Positions 9,782 through 19,242 of a stretch of DNA of 64,000 nt are shown here, piece after piece (within the stretch, counting starts at the first letter, position 1; each line of letters starts with the position of its first letter). The DNA is taken from NCBI GenBank assembly GCA_964242215.1, contig CAXTCJ010000016.1, forward strand, positions 1,922 through 65,921. Direction: 5' to 3'. This stretch comes from an uncultured Acetobacteraceae bacterium. Lineage in GTDB: Bacteria; Pseudomonadota; Alphaproteobacteria; Acetobacterales; Acetobacteraceae. The notes below the pieces were generated by a model that saw nothing but the letters and a program-made list of their open reading frames with translations, was not told where the DNA came from and did not search any database. The position numbers and the translations under genes were made by a program.

Positions 9782-10567
9782 CTAGGGAGCAGCGGGCGGC
9801 GCGACCTCGGCAGATCTCTGACCGGATGCGGCAAGTGCGTTGGCCACGAACCCGGAGGATTTCATTGCCTCCACAAACCGGACGAGCGTGGGCAGTCCGG
9901 CGGCGTGCGACTTAGGAAGGCCCATCGCCTGCTCGATCTCCTCGAAGTGGCCCGGCAACAGCCGCATGGACGGGTTTGCCGCGACCAACTCGGCCAATGG
10001 CGCCCGTACACCCGCCAGAACGCCCGCCTGTCCGGCATTGAACGCCGCGATTGCAGCCGCGGTATCTTTCGCCCGAAGCAGCGTGGCGTGCTGCAGCGCG
10101 CGGGACAAGTATAGGTCGTAGGCGCTGCCTTGCGCGACGGCGATCCGCACGCCGGGCGCGTCCACGGCCTCGGTCGCCTGCAAGGCCGAGGCCTTCGGCA
10201 CGACGTAGCTGCCTTCGATCACCACATAGGGCGGGGTGAAGTCGATGCCGGTTGCTCGCTGCGGGTCGATGGCCAGGAATGCGACATCCCAACGATCGTC
10301 CGCGACCGCCTTGGGCACCTCGCCTGCCTCGTGGAAGATCACGAACTGCACCGGAACCCCAAGTTGCTTGGCGAGGGCGCGGGCCAGTTCGGCCGAGACG
10401 CCTTTCGGATCGGCCTCGGAGGTGCCGCGCTGGGCGAGCACCGGGTTGCCGTAGTTGATCGCAGCCCGTAGCACGCCGCCTGGTGCGAGGTCCTTCGCCG
10501 CATCGGTCTGCGCGCCAGCCGACGTTGTAAGCGTCAGCAACAGGGCGAGGCCGTATCCCAGCCGCAT
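9782..10567 (-). CDS. Polar amino-acid-type ABC substrate-binding protein (orphan)
   Basis: Signal peptide MRLGYGLALLLTLTTSAGA, then LRAAINYGNPVLA and WDVAFLAIDPQR. ATG overlaps the upstream stop (TGATG). Confidence 0.82.
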   Translation of the reverse strand: MRLGYGLALLLTLTTSAGAQTDAAKDLAPGGVLRAAINYGNPVLAQRGTSEADPKGVSAELARALAKQLGVPVQFVIFHEAGEVPKAVADDRWDVAFLAIDPQRATGIDFTPPYVVIEGSYVVPKASALQATEAVDAPGVRIAVAQGSAYDLYLSRALQHATLLRAKDTAAAIAAFNAGQAGVLAGVRAPLAELVAANPSMRLLPGHFEEIEQAMGLPKSHAAGLPTLVRFVEAMKSSGFVANALAASGQRSAEVAPPAAP

Positions 10568-11541
10568 CACAGGTTGGCCTGCCAAGCGATCGGCACCAGG
10601 CGGTAGCCGGTCGACACCTTTTCGACGTGGCCGAGGGACGGGAAGGCGAAATGGTAGCCCACCACCAGCATGTGGTCGCTCGCGGCCTGGTCGTAGACGG
10701 CATGGCGGGTCTTCGCCGCCTGCTCCGGGTCGTGGTCGTACATCACGTGCCAATCCGGATTGCGCAGGAAGAACTCCGGAATGTTCGTGACGTCGGATTG
10801 CACGAGCAGGCTTTTGGCCCCGGAGGAAACAGCGAACGCCGTGTGGCCCGGCGTATGCCCCGGTGCGGCAATCGCCGTGATGCCGGGGGCGACTTCGGTG
10901 TTCCAGCGATAGCGGCCGATCCGCTCGTCCAGGCCTGTCAGCACCTTGCGATTATTGGCGAAATACGCCTTCGTCACCGGGTCGTTGGCCTGAGCCATAT
11001 TGGTGTCGCTCATCCAGAATGCCCAATCCACCTCGGGGGCAACGATGGTCGCGTTCGGGAAGGCGATGGTGCCGTCCGTGCGGCGCAGCCCATTGGTATG
11101 GTCGGGGTGCAGATGTGATAGCAGGACGATGTCGATCTGCTCGGGCGTGACCCCAGCAGCCTGCAGATTGGCGAACAGCTGCCCGATCCCTGCCCCGCCC
11201 GTCGGCCCGTTGCCAGTATCGATCAGGACCAGCTTGCCGCCGGTGTTGATCAACGTGGGATTGAACGGAACCGTGACGTCGCCGGCCGGCATGTAGGCGT
11301 CGGACGCGGCGACGATCGCCTGGTCGTGCGGAACGTTGGTGACGAATTGCGCCGGCATGGGAAAGCTACGCTCCCCGTCATGCAACACCGTAACCTGAGC
11401 GTCACCGAGCTGGAATCGGTAATAGCCGGGCGCCTGTGCCGGCGCGATCGGCGCGGCCGCCTGGCTCGTATGGGGCGCAAGCAGCGCTACGGCGCCACCT
11501 GCTGCGGCAGCTGACAGGATTGTCCTTCGGCTGGTTCGCAC
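10567..11541 (-). CDS. Tat-exported MBL-fold metallo-hydrolase (MPH/lactonase-like)
   Basis: SRRTIL Tat motif, LIDTG, SHLHPDH, PGHTPGH, GYHF. Confidence 0.9.
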   Translation of the reverse strand: MRTSRRTILSAAAAGGAVALLAPHTSQAAAPIAPAQAPGYYRFQLGDAQVTVLHDGERSFPMPAQFVTNVPHDQAIVAASDAYMPAGDVTVPFNPTLINTGGKLVLIDTGNGPTGGAGIGQLFANLQAAGVTPEQIDIVLLSHLHPDHTNGLRRTDGTIAFPNATIVAPEVDWAFWMSDTNMAQANDPVTKAYFANNRKVLTGLDERIGRYRWNTEVAPGITAIAAPGHTPGHTAFAVSSGAKSLLVQSDVTNIPEFFLRNPDWHVMYDHDPEQAAKTRHAVYDQAASDHMLVVGYHFAFPSLGHVEKVSTGYRLVPIAWQANL

Positions 11542-11591
11542 AGCATTTCACCCCTTGTTGTTCCAGCCGATTATAGGCGCGTGCCACTGCG

Positions 11592-12257
11592 CTACAATCC
11601 CGCACCGGCCCGCTCCTCTCTGTCCCCGATGGCGGCGAGGTAGGCCTGCTTGCTGGGCTGCACGTGGTCGACGCAGAGCTGGGCCAACGCCCATCGGTCC
11701 GACTCGCCGAGCAGCTCGATCATGATGCCGTGCTGCCGTTCGGAATTCCGGAAAGCCTGTTTGTCTGCCAGGGACTTCGCCCGCATTGGCAGTGACAGGT
11801 TCATATAGTCGCGGATGGAATGCACCAGATAGCGGTTGCCGCAGGCACCTAACAGCGTGAGGTGGAACCTATCGTTGGCCACATGCACCGCCCGCAAATT
11901 GCCCTGCTGCTGCGAGCGGCGGTACTGTTCGTTGAGCGCCTGTAGCTGTGCCGCAAGCCCCGGTGGCGGCGGGAACGGCACCATGAGGGCGGCCTGCCGC
12001 TGCAGGAACTCACGCACCTGATAGATCTCCAACACCTCGTCCGCCGCGTAATGCCGGACGGTCGCACCGACGTTGCGTTCGCGCAGCACGATGCCCGTCC
12101 GCTCCAGCTCCAGCAGCGATTGGCGGATGAAGTGGCGGGTGACGCCGAAGCGCGCCATCAAACCGTCTTCCGTCAGGCGGGTCCCAGGGGCGAGGATGCC
12201 GAAGATGATGTCGTCCTCGATGGCGGTGACCACCGCCCCGTCGTTGGGGTCGGTCAC
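11592..12257 (-). CDS. GntR (FadR/FCD) family transcriptional regulator
   Basis: wHTH (LAPGTRLTE..L..RFGVTR..IRQSL) plus FCD (NDRFH, QH..M, DHV). Divergent from the dehydratase. Confidence 0.9.
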   Translation of the reverse strand: MTDPNDGAVVTAIEDDIIFGILAPGTRLTEDGLMARFGVTRHFIRQSLLELERTGIVLRERNVGATVRHYAADEVLEIYQVREFLQRQAALMVPFPPPPGLAAQLQALNEQYRRSQQQGNLRAVHVANDRFHLTLLGACGNRYLVHSIRDYMNLSLPMRAKSLADKQAFRNSERQHGIMIELLGESDRWALAQLCVDHVQPSKQAYLAAIGDREERAGAGL

Positions 12258-12442
12258 GACCGCACGAGCGCCTGGGGCTGCCAGCTCTCTGGACGCGACA
12301 TTGCGGTTCTCCCGTCATGTTATTGTTCTGACTCAGCCGGCGCCGTCGTGACGTTGTCAATAATCGACCGGCTTGTTACAGCAGGTCCCAAGATGGCGTC
12401 GAGGTAAGCCGATCGGACGTCGACAACCGGAGGATCAACGGC

Positions 12443-14146
12443 ATGGCCACGGGTATGCGCAAAGGCCTGACCAGCTACGGCGACGACGGGTTCAGCCTGT
12501 TCTTGCGTCGGGCGTTCATCAAGGCGATGGGGTATTCGGACGACGCCCTGTCCCGCCCGATCGTGGGCATCGTCGACACCTCCAGCGCCTACAACGCCTG
12601 CCACGCCAACGTGCCGCAACTGGTCGAGGCGGCCAAGCGCGGCGTCATGCTGGCCGGCGGCCTCCCGATGCCGTTCCCCACCGTGTCGATCCACGAGAGC
12701 TTCGCGCACCCGACCAGCATGTTCCTGCGCAACCTCCAATCCATGGACACGGAGGAGATGTGTCGGGCGCAGCCGATGGACGCCGTCGTGATGATTGGAG
12801 GTTGCGACAAAACGGTGCCGGCGCAGCTGATGGCGGCCGCCAGCCTGGACATCCCCGTGGTGCAACTGGTCACCGGGCCGATGCTGGTGGGGCACTACAA
12901 GGGCGAGGTGCTGGGCGCCTGTACCGACTGCCGCCGATTCTGGGCGCGCCACCGCGCCGGCGAGTTCACCGAGGCCGAGATGGACGCGATCAACGGCCGT
13001 CTGGCGCCGACGCCGGGCACGTGCATGGTGATGGGGACCGCCTCCACCATGGCCTGCATCGCCGAGGCTTTGGGCATGGCCCTGCCCGGTTCCGCCGCAA
13101 TCCCCGCGACCCATGGTGACCGCTTCCGCTGTGCCGAGGACTCCGGCGCCGCCGCGGTTGCCGCGATCGGCCAGCCTGGGCGCCTGCCGAAGGACATCAT
13201 GACCCCGGCGGCATTCCGCAATGCCCAGGTGGTGCTGCAGGCCATTGGTGGCTCGACCAACGGGCTGGTGCATTTGGCCGCGATCGCCGGGCGGCTGGGC
13301 ATCAAGCTCGACGGCGGCGCATTCGACCGGATGGGCGCGGATGTCCCGGTGCTGATCGACCTGAAGCCGACCGGTGACCACTACATGGAACATTTCCACT
13401 GGTCCGGGGGCATGCCCAAGCTGATGAAGGAGCTTGGATCCCTATTGGACACCACCGCGCGCACCATCACCGGCGGAACGCTGGCAGACGCTGTGGCCGG
13501 GGCGGAGGATGTGCCTAATCAGACCGTTATTCGATCGAAGGACAATCCTATCTTTCCCACCGGCGGCATGGCTGTGCTGGGCGGCAATTTGGCACCGGGC
13601 ACCGCCGTCATTAAATTCGGCGCCGCGACTCCGGCGCTGCTGCAGCATACCGGGCGCGCCATGGTGTTCGACGGCGTGGACGACATGGCGCGCCGCATCG
13701 ACGACCCGGCGTTGGACGTCAACGCCGACGACGTGCTGGTGCTACGCTACGCCGGCCCGAAGGGTGCACCGGGCATGCCGGAAGCCGGCTACCTGCCGAT
13801 CCCCAAAAAGCTGGCCCGCGCGGGCGTGAAGGACATGGTGCGCATTTCGGACGCCCGCATGAGCGGCACGGCGTTCGGTACCATCGTGTTGCATATCGTG
13901 CCGGAGGCGTGCCTCGGCGGACCGTTGGCGCTGGTGCGAACCGGCGACATGATCAAGCTGGACGTCGCGGGACGCCGGATCGACTTGCTGGTGGACGAGG
14001 CCGAACTCGCCCGACGGCGCGAGGCATGGATTGCGCCGCCGGCACCGCCCGGCGCGGATCGGGGTTACCTGAAGCTGTATTTGGACAGTGTGCTGCAGGC
14101 CGACGAAGGATGCGATTTCAGCTTCCTGGTACCGCAGGCTAAATAG
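12443..14146 (+). CDS. IlvD/Edd family dehydratase (probably sugar-acid dihydroxy-acid dehydratase)
   Basis: NACH, GGCDKT, GTCMVMGTASTM, GGSTN, GPKGAPGMPE, SDARMSGT. GGAGG RBS. Confidence 0.93.
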   Translation: MATGMRKGLTSYGDDGFSLFLRRAFIKAMGYSDDALSRPIVGIVDTSSAYNACHANVPQLVEAAKRGVMLAGGLPMPFPTVSIHESFAHPTSMFLRNLQSMDTEEMCRAQPMDAVVMIGGCDKTVPAQLMAAASLDIPVVQLVTGPMLVGHYKGEVLGACTDCRRFWARHRAGEFTEAEMDAINGRLAPTPGTCMVMGTASTMACIAEALGMALPGSAAIPATHGDRFRCAEDSGAAAVAAIGQPGRLPKDIMTPAAFRNAQVVLQAIGGSTNGLVHLAAIAGRLGIKLDGGAFDRMGADVPVLIDLKPTGDHYMEHFHWSGGMPKLMKELGSLLDTTARTITGGTLADAVAGAEDVPNQTVIRSKDNPIFPTGGMAVLGGNLAPGTAVIKFGAATPALLQHTGRAMVFDGVDDMARRIDDPALDVNADDVLVLRYAGPKGAPGMPEAGYLPIPKKLARAGVKDMVRISDARMSGTAFGTIVLHIVPEACLGGPLALVRTGDMIKLDVAGRRIDLLVDEAELARRREAWIAPPAPPGADRGYLKLYLDSVLQADEGCDFSFLVPQAK

Positions 14147-15077
14147 GCTGCAGGTCCGCCCGGGGGTCGGTACGGGCGACCCGGCGCAGGAGAAACTCCA
14201 CCTCCGCCTTCGCCGCGGCACTCATTCCCACAGACGGCGAGCGCTGCACGTCCGAGCGGATAATCCCGCGCCGCGCCATCACGTATTTCCGCACGGCAAG
14301 CCCAACCACGGGCTGCTGCTCGTACCGCAGCAGCGGCAGATGCGCGTCGAACAAATCGTGCGCCGCGTCACGCTCCCCGGCCTTGCTCATCCGCACCACG
14401 TCCACGAGCACGTCCGGGAAGGCGTAGCCCGTCATCGCCCCGTCCGATCCGCGCTCCACTTCAAAATCCAGGAACAGCCCGCCATTGCCGCACAGAATGC
14501 TGACGTGCCGCATGGTGCCCTCCGCCTCCCATTTGCGCAGGGTGGAGATCTTCTCCAGGCCGGGCCAGTCCTCGTGCTTCAGCATCACGCACGACGGGTT
14601 GTCCTGCACGATGCGCCGGATCACGCCGGGCGTCATGACCACCGTGAAGTTGAGCGGGAAGTCCTGGATGACGAACGGTACGTCGGCTCCGATCGCCTCG
14701 ACTGCCTGACGGTAATACGTGACGATCTGGTCGTCGGTGCGCAGCGTGTTGGGCGGCGCGATCATCACGCCCGCGGCGCCCGCATCCATCGCGGCCGACG
14801 CCAGCCCGCGCATCGCCGCAAAGCCCGGCGCGGACACGCCCACGATGACGGGCAGGTTGGGCGCGCGCTTGATGAAACGAGTAGCGATGGCGACTGCCTC
14901 CTCGCCATCCAGCTTCGGCGCCTCACCCATGACGCCCAACACCGTCATGCCCGTGCTGCCGCATGCGACGTAGAAATCGGTCATCGCATCGATCGAAGCC
15001 ATGTCGACTCGGCCATCCGCCTCGAACGGCGTCGGAGCGATCGGGTAAACCCCCGCGGCAGATGCGTCGAGCTTCAT
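14139..15077 (-). CDS. DHDPS/NAL-family lyase (keto-deoxy sugar-acid aldolase/dehydratase-like)
   Basis: PTPF, LGVMGE, Schiff-base Lys in MLKHED. GGAG RBS before ATG 15077. Confidence 0.88.
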   Translation of the reverse strand: MKLDASAAGVYPIAPTPFEADGRVDMASIDAMTDFYVACGSTGMTVLGVMGEAPKLDGEEAVAIATRFIKRAPNLPVIVGVSAPGFAAMRGLASAAMDAGAAGVMIAPPNTLRTDDQIVTYYRQAVEAIGADVPFVIQDFPLNFTVVMTPGVIRRIVQDNPSCVMLKHEDWPGLEKISTLRKWEAEGTMRHVSILCGNGGLFLDFEVERGSDGAMTGYAFPDVLVDVVRMSKAGERDAAHDLFDAHLPLLRYEQQPVVGLAVRKYVMARRGIIRSDVQRSPSVGMSAAAKAEVEFLLRRVARTDPRADLQPI

Positions 15078-15093
15078 GGTGTTCTCCGTTATT

Positions 15094-15885
15094 CTATGCG
15101 CGAGGCCGGCCGAAGCGGCTGAGCCAGCCGAGCCCATCAATGGTGTTGCCGGCGGGCGTGTATTCGCAGCCGATCCAGCCAGCGTAGCCGAGCTTCTCGA
15201 TGAGGGCGAACATATGCTCCCACGCGATCTCACCCGTGCCCGGCTCGTGCCGCCCGGGAGAGTCGGCGACCTGGATATGGCCGATGATCGGCATCAACGC
15301 CTGCATCCGGCGGCTGATGCTGCCTTGCTCGACCTGGCAGTGATAGATGTCGAATTGCAGCCCGACCTTGTCCGGCCCCACCGCCTCGACCACCGCCGCA
15401 CCTTCCTCCTGCGTGCGAAGCAGGAAGCCGGGAATGTCGATGTGGTTGATCGGCTCCAGCACCAGGCGGATCCCGGCGGCGCTGGCGAGGTCCGCCGCCC
15501 ATACGACATTGGCGAGGTAGGTGGCCCAGCCGCGGTCCCGGCTGACGTTGCTGGGCAGGATGCCGGCCTGCAGGTGAACCAGGTTGCAACCGAGCCCGTT
15601 CGCGTAATCCAGGCTCTTCCGCAGATCGTCCCGGAACGCGTCGCGGCGGTCTGGCATGCATGCGATGCCGGATTGCTCGCCACGCGCCTTGTCGCCGGCC
15701 GGCGTGTTGATCAGCACCATCCGCAATCCACAATCGCGCAGCCGTGCCGCCAAAGTTGCGACCGGCTGCTCGTACGGCGTTGGGTATTCCACGGCGGTGA
15801 ACCCGGCCTGCGCCGCCGCATCGAAGCGGTCGAGCAACGGGACTTCGGTGAACAGCCATTTCAGGTTGGCGGAGAACTTCAACAT
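15094..15885 (-). CDS. Hydroxypyruvate isomerase family protein, likely 2-oxo-tetronate isomerase (OtnI-like)
   Basis: MLKFSANL, LEPIN..DIPG, FDIYHCQ, HIQVAD.PGRHEPGTGEI, IGCEY. OtnI role inferred from nearby otnK/otnC. Confidence 0.88.
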   Translation of the reverse strand: MLKFSANLKWLFTEVPLLDRFDAAAQAGFTAVEYPTPYEQPVATLAARLRDCGLRMVLINTPAGDKARGEQSGIACMPDRRDAFRDDLRKSLDYANGLGCNLVHLQAGILPSNVSRDRGWATYLANVVWAADLASAAGIRLVLEPINHIDIPGFLLRTQEEGAAVVEAVGPDKVGLQFDIYHCQVEQGSISRRMQALMPIIGHIQVADSPGRHEPGTGEIAWEHMFALIEKLGYAGWIGCEYTPAGNTIDGLGWLSRFGRPRA

Positions 15886-15889
15886 GGCG

Positions 15890-16603
15890 TCAGTCGCGCG
15901 CCGGGTCGAGCCGCGTGGCGTCGTAGGCGGCGAACGCGGCGTCCGTTATCAGGGAGGCCACGAATTGCTCCGCAGCGTCATGATGCGCCGAACCGGCCAT
16001 CACGGCGGCGGCAAAGGTCGTCACCTTCTGCACGGCATCCGGCAGTGGTCCCACGATCTCGATGCCGGGTACCACCGCGAGTTCGCTCAGCTGTTGAATC
16101 GCGATGTCGGCCTCGCCGGTTACCAACTTCTCGGCCGTGAACCCGGCGGGGATGATGGTGGCGCGGGCATTCACCGCGTCCGCAATCCCGATCCGCTGCA
16201 GCATGGGCGCGAAATGCACGCCGCTTTGCCCGCCACGGGAATAACAGACCGAGCGCGCCCCGGTCATCGCACGCTTGAATGACTCCAGGTCGGAGATGTC
16301 CGGATGCGGGGCGCCGCCCGCCACCGCCACGCCGATGCGCGAGCGCAGCACGATGCGCTTGGTGCCGGCCTCGACCTTGCCCTGCGCAATCAGTTCGTCC
16401 ACTGAGTCGGCGACGATCAGCACGGCATCTGCCGTGGCACCCTCGGCAAGCTTGGTCATGATGACGGTGGTCGGCGCCCAATCGATGTCGAGCTTGTAGC
16501 CGGAGCTCGCTTCGAACGCCGGCACCAGCGAGGCGTCGAATGCACCCTTCACGACCAGCGCGCATTTCAGGTGCAGGATCTTATCGGCAGGAACTGTACT
16601 CAT
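15890..16603 (-). CDS. ModA-like (SBP_bac_11) fold protein lacking a signal peptide
   Basis: RSRIGVAV..GAPHPDIS, SGVHF..L.RIGI, GEADIAIQQLSEL, GPLP..VQ. No hydrophobic N-terminal signal. Confidence 0.8.
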   Translation of the reverse strand: MSTVPADKILHLKCALVVKGAFDASLVPAFEASSGYKLDIDWAPTTVIMTKLAEGATADAVLIVADSVDELIAQGKVEAGTKRIVLRSRIGVAVAGGAPHPDISDLESFKRAMTGARSVCYSRGGQSGVHFAPMLQRIGIADAVNARATIIPAGFTAEKLVTGEADIAIQQLSELAVVPGIEIVGPLPDAVQKVTTFAAAVMAGSAHHDAAEQFVASLITDAAFAAYDATRLDPARD

Positions 16604-16628
16604 CGCTGTGGTGCTTCCTACGATTGCG

Positions 16629-17960
16629 TCAAACGGGATACGGCATGCGCCGCAGCAGATCTGGGGTCAGCTCCGACAGCCGGTTCACCCCGACCAGCGC
16701 CATGTCCCGCTCGACCTCTTCCTTGAGGATGCGTGCGGCATGCAAGACGCCTGGCGTACCACCGATCGCGGCAGCGAACAGGAATGGCCGCCCGAGGAAC
16801 ACGAAATCCGCCCCGAGCGCCAGCGCCTTCAGCACATCCGTGCCCCTGCGAACACCGCTATCGATGATCACCGCCATGTCGCCCTTTTGTGCCGCAATCT
16901 CCGGCAGCACTTCGAGCGGCGGGACGTCGTAGTCGAGCTGGCGGCCACCATGGGTGGACAGGATCACGCCCTGCACGCCGCACTCCCGTGCGATCGCCAC
17001 GTCGGCCGGCGAGGTCAAACCCTTTACCAGCAGTGTGCCTTTCCAGCGGCGGCGGATCGCGCGCAGATTGTCCCACGACAGCTTGTCGCGCGCGGTGGTA
17101 TTGCGCAGCGCGTTGCGCGACAGCATGGGCGGGCCACGGTCCGCCTCCATATTCTCGAAATGCGGTTGGCCATGACGGTAGAAGGTTTGCGCCACAGTGC
17201 CGAGTAGCCAGGCCGGGTGGGTTGCGCTCTGCCATGCGACCTTGGGTGTCACGCGCATCGGCATGCTGAAGCCGCTGCGAGTGTTGTGCTCGCGATTGCC
17301 CAGCACCGGCGTGTCGGCAGTGACGACGAGCGTACCGAACCCGGTCCGCGCTAGCCTGTCCACTAGGCGGTCGATGCGGGTCTGATCACCGGGCAGGTAG
17401 GCCTGGAACCAGGCATCGGGGTTCTCGTCGTGAACGTCCTCAAGCTTGATGAGGGAAGACGCGCTCAGGATCATCGGCATTTGCATCTGCCGGGCGGCTG
17501 CGGCCAAGCGGAGATCGCCACGATAAGCGACGAACGCCGCCCCGCCAAGCGGTGCGATGCCGAACGGGACAGCGTAGGTTTTACCGAACAGGGTCGTCCC
17601 GGCGGTGCGCGCGGAGGTGTCCACCATCCGGCGCGGTAGAAAGGCCCAACGCGTATAGGCCGCGCGGTTCGCCCGCAACGCGGTCGACGTTTCCACGGCT
17701 CCGGCCACGTATTGATACACCATAGGCGGCAAGTGCCGCTTGGCGTGGCGCTCGAAATCATCGAGGGCGAGCAGGTCGCGGAAGCGATATGGCGTCGCAT
17801 CCACGCTGCGCTGCACGCTGGTGACCAAGGCTTGCGGAGAGGTGATGCCGGGCGCCGCGCTATCGGCGAGAGCTATGTCGGTTTTGGTATCGACCATCGG
17901 GGTGGCGAACTGTGCGGGGGCCGCACGCTGCACGTCGAGCAGTTGTTTCTCGTCGGCCAT
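16629..17960 (-). CDS. FMN-dependent alpha-hydroxy-acid dehydrogenase/oxidase (LldD/MdlB family)
   Basis: PFGIAP, WFQAY, TAD, LLVKG, STHGGRQLD, DSGVRRGTDVLKALALGA, GRPF. Confidence 0.92.
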   Translation of the reverse strand: MADEKQLLDVQRAAPAQFATPMVDTKTDIALADSAAPGITSPQALVTSVQRSVDATPYRFRDLLALDDFERHAKRHLPPMVYQYVAGAVETSTALRANRAAYTRWAFLPRRMVDTSARTAGTTLFGKTYAVPFGIAPLGGAAFVAYRGDLRLAAAARQMQMPMILSASSLIKLEDVHDENPDAWFQAYLPGDQTRIDRLVDRLARTGFGTLVVTADTPVLGNREHNTRSGFSMPMRVTPKVAWQSATHPAWLLGTVAQTFYRHGQPHFENMEADRGPPMLSRNALRNTTARDKLSWDNLRAIRRRWKGTLLVKGLTSPADVAIARECGVQGVILSTHGGRQLDYDVPPLEVLPEIAAQKGDMAVIIDSGVRRGTDVLKALALGADFVFLGRPFLFAAAIGGTPGVLHAARILKEEVERDMALVGVNRLSELTPDLLRRMPYPV

Positions 17961-18019
17961 TTCCGCGCCCTTCCCGTCCCATCGACACCCGAGCGAGCAC
18001 CGAGGAACAAGCAAATTAT

Positions 18020-18034
18020 CTGAAAGCGCTTGCA
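18020..18034. promoter_or_regulatory. Putative LacI-family operator 1 (CTGAAAGCGCTTGCA)
   Basis: Imperfect palindrome with central CG fitting the LacI-type TGnAAnCGnTTnCA pattern. Lies between the divergent dehydrogenase and the LacI gene. Identical 15-mer at 19202-19216. Confidence 0.75.
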
Positions 18035-18117
18035 AAGACCATAGGCTCGCCGGATGGTCAACTGAATTCCCCGCCACTGCCGGCGCGTGTAAGGCAGGGG
18101 ACGGGCGGCAAGGAACA

Positions 18118-19164
18118 ATGGTGGATCTAGTCTCCGGAAAAAGCACGCACGGGTTGAACGGACGCTTTCCGACGGCACAGGATGTGGCGCTGCGGGCGGG
18201 TGTGTCCGCCGCAACCGTCTCACGGGTGTTGAACGGCAGCACCGCTGTACGGCCCGACAAGCGCGATGCGGTGCTGAAGGCGGCGAAAGCGCTCGGCTTC
18301 GTGGCGAACGGGGCGGCCCGCGCCTTGTCGCTCCGCCGGTTCATGGCGGTGGGCGCCGTCGTTCCCAATATCGAGAACGAAGGTTTCCTCGGCGCCTTGG
18401 CAACCTTCCAGGACCGCATCCGCCAGGTTGGCTACACGCTGGTGGTGACCAACGCCGGCTACGAACTGGACCGCGAACTGCTCGAGGCCACGTTCCTGCT
18501 CGAGCGAGGCATCGACGGCCTCCTGCTGGTGGGCGACATTCACCGGCCCGACTTGCTGGCTCGCATCGCCCGGCAGGCCGTGCCCACCGTGCAGACCTTC
18601 ACATTGTCGCAAACCCGTGCCTGCGTGGGCTTCGACAACGCGGCCGCGATGGCGCGGGCGACGAACTACCTGCTCGATCTGGGGCATCGCCGCTTCGGCG
18701 TCATCACCGGTACCCGCCACGACAACGACCGCAGCACAGCCCGGGTCGCCGGCATCGTCAACACGCTGGCGGCCCGTTCGCTCGTGATCCGGGCGGAGCA
18801 CGACATCCAGGTTTCGCACGGCATCCGCGACGGCCGGGACGCGCTGCGCCACATTTTGTCGGCCAGTGGCGAGCCACCCACCGCGATCCTGTGCGGCACC
18901 GACCAGCTTGCCTTCGGGGCCATGATCGAAGCCGAGGCGCGCGGGCTCGTCGTCCCCCGCGATCTGTCGTTGGTCGGTTTCAACGATGCCGACTATGCCG
19001 CCTTCCTGCGCCCAAGCCTGACCACAGTGCGGATGCAATCGGCCGCGATCGGTCTCGCCGCCGCCGACCATTTGCTGGCTCGGATGGCCGGCCTGCCCGC
19101 CATGCGGGTGACGGAACTGGACGCCGAGTTGATCATCCGGGGCAGCACGGCGCCCCCGCCGTGA
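18118..19164 (+). CDS. LacI family transcriptional regulator
   Basis: PTAQDVALRAGVSAATVSRVLN HTH, ARAL hinge, DLSLVGFND, PSLTTV. Confidence 0.93.
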   Translation: MVDLVSGKSTHGLNGRFPTAQDVALRAGVSAATVSRVLNGSTAVRPDKRDAVLKAAKALGFVANGAARALSLRRFMAVGAVVPNIENEGFLGALATFQDRIRQVGYTLVVTNAGYELDRELLEATFLLERGIDGLLLVGDIHRPDLLARIARQAVPTVQTFTLSQTRACVGFDNAAAMARATNYLLDLGHRRFGVITGTRHDNDRSTARVAGIVNTLAARSLVIRAEHDIQVSHGIRDGRDALRHILSASGEPPTAILCGTDQLAFGAMIEAEARGLVVPRDLSLVGFNDADYAAFLRPSLTTVRMQSAAIGLAAADHLLARMAGLPAMRVTELDAELIIRGSTAPPP

Positions 19165-19171
19165 CACCAAG

Positions 19172-19199
19172 TTGACGGCGGCGGCCATGCATCTATGCT
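19172..19199 (+). promoter_or_regulatory. Putative sigma70-like promoter (TTGACG-N16-TATGCT)
   Basis: -35 and -10-like hexamers immediately upstream of operator 2 and of the racemase-otnK-otnC operon. Confidence 0.45.
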
Positions 19200-19201
19200 G
19201 C

Positions 19202-19216
19202 CTGAAAGCGCTTGCA
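19202..19216. promoter_or_regulatory. Putative LacI-family operator 2 (CTGAAAGCGCTTGCA)
   Basis: Exact copy of 18020-18034, just downstream of a candidate -10 box. Confidence 0.75.
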
Positions 19217-19242
19217 GAAAGCGGCAGCAACGAGGACCCACC

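Noticed and set aside
12340-12430. GntR operator (TTGTCAATAA / GTCGACAA) upstream of the dehydratase
   Set aside because: Plausible but too degenerate to support without comparative data.
16629-19164. Apparent long overlap between the 596-aa and 474-aa divergent ORFs
   Set aside because: Artefact of longest-ORF starts. The real starts are about 17960 and 18118, leaving a normal intergenic region containing an operator.
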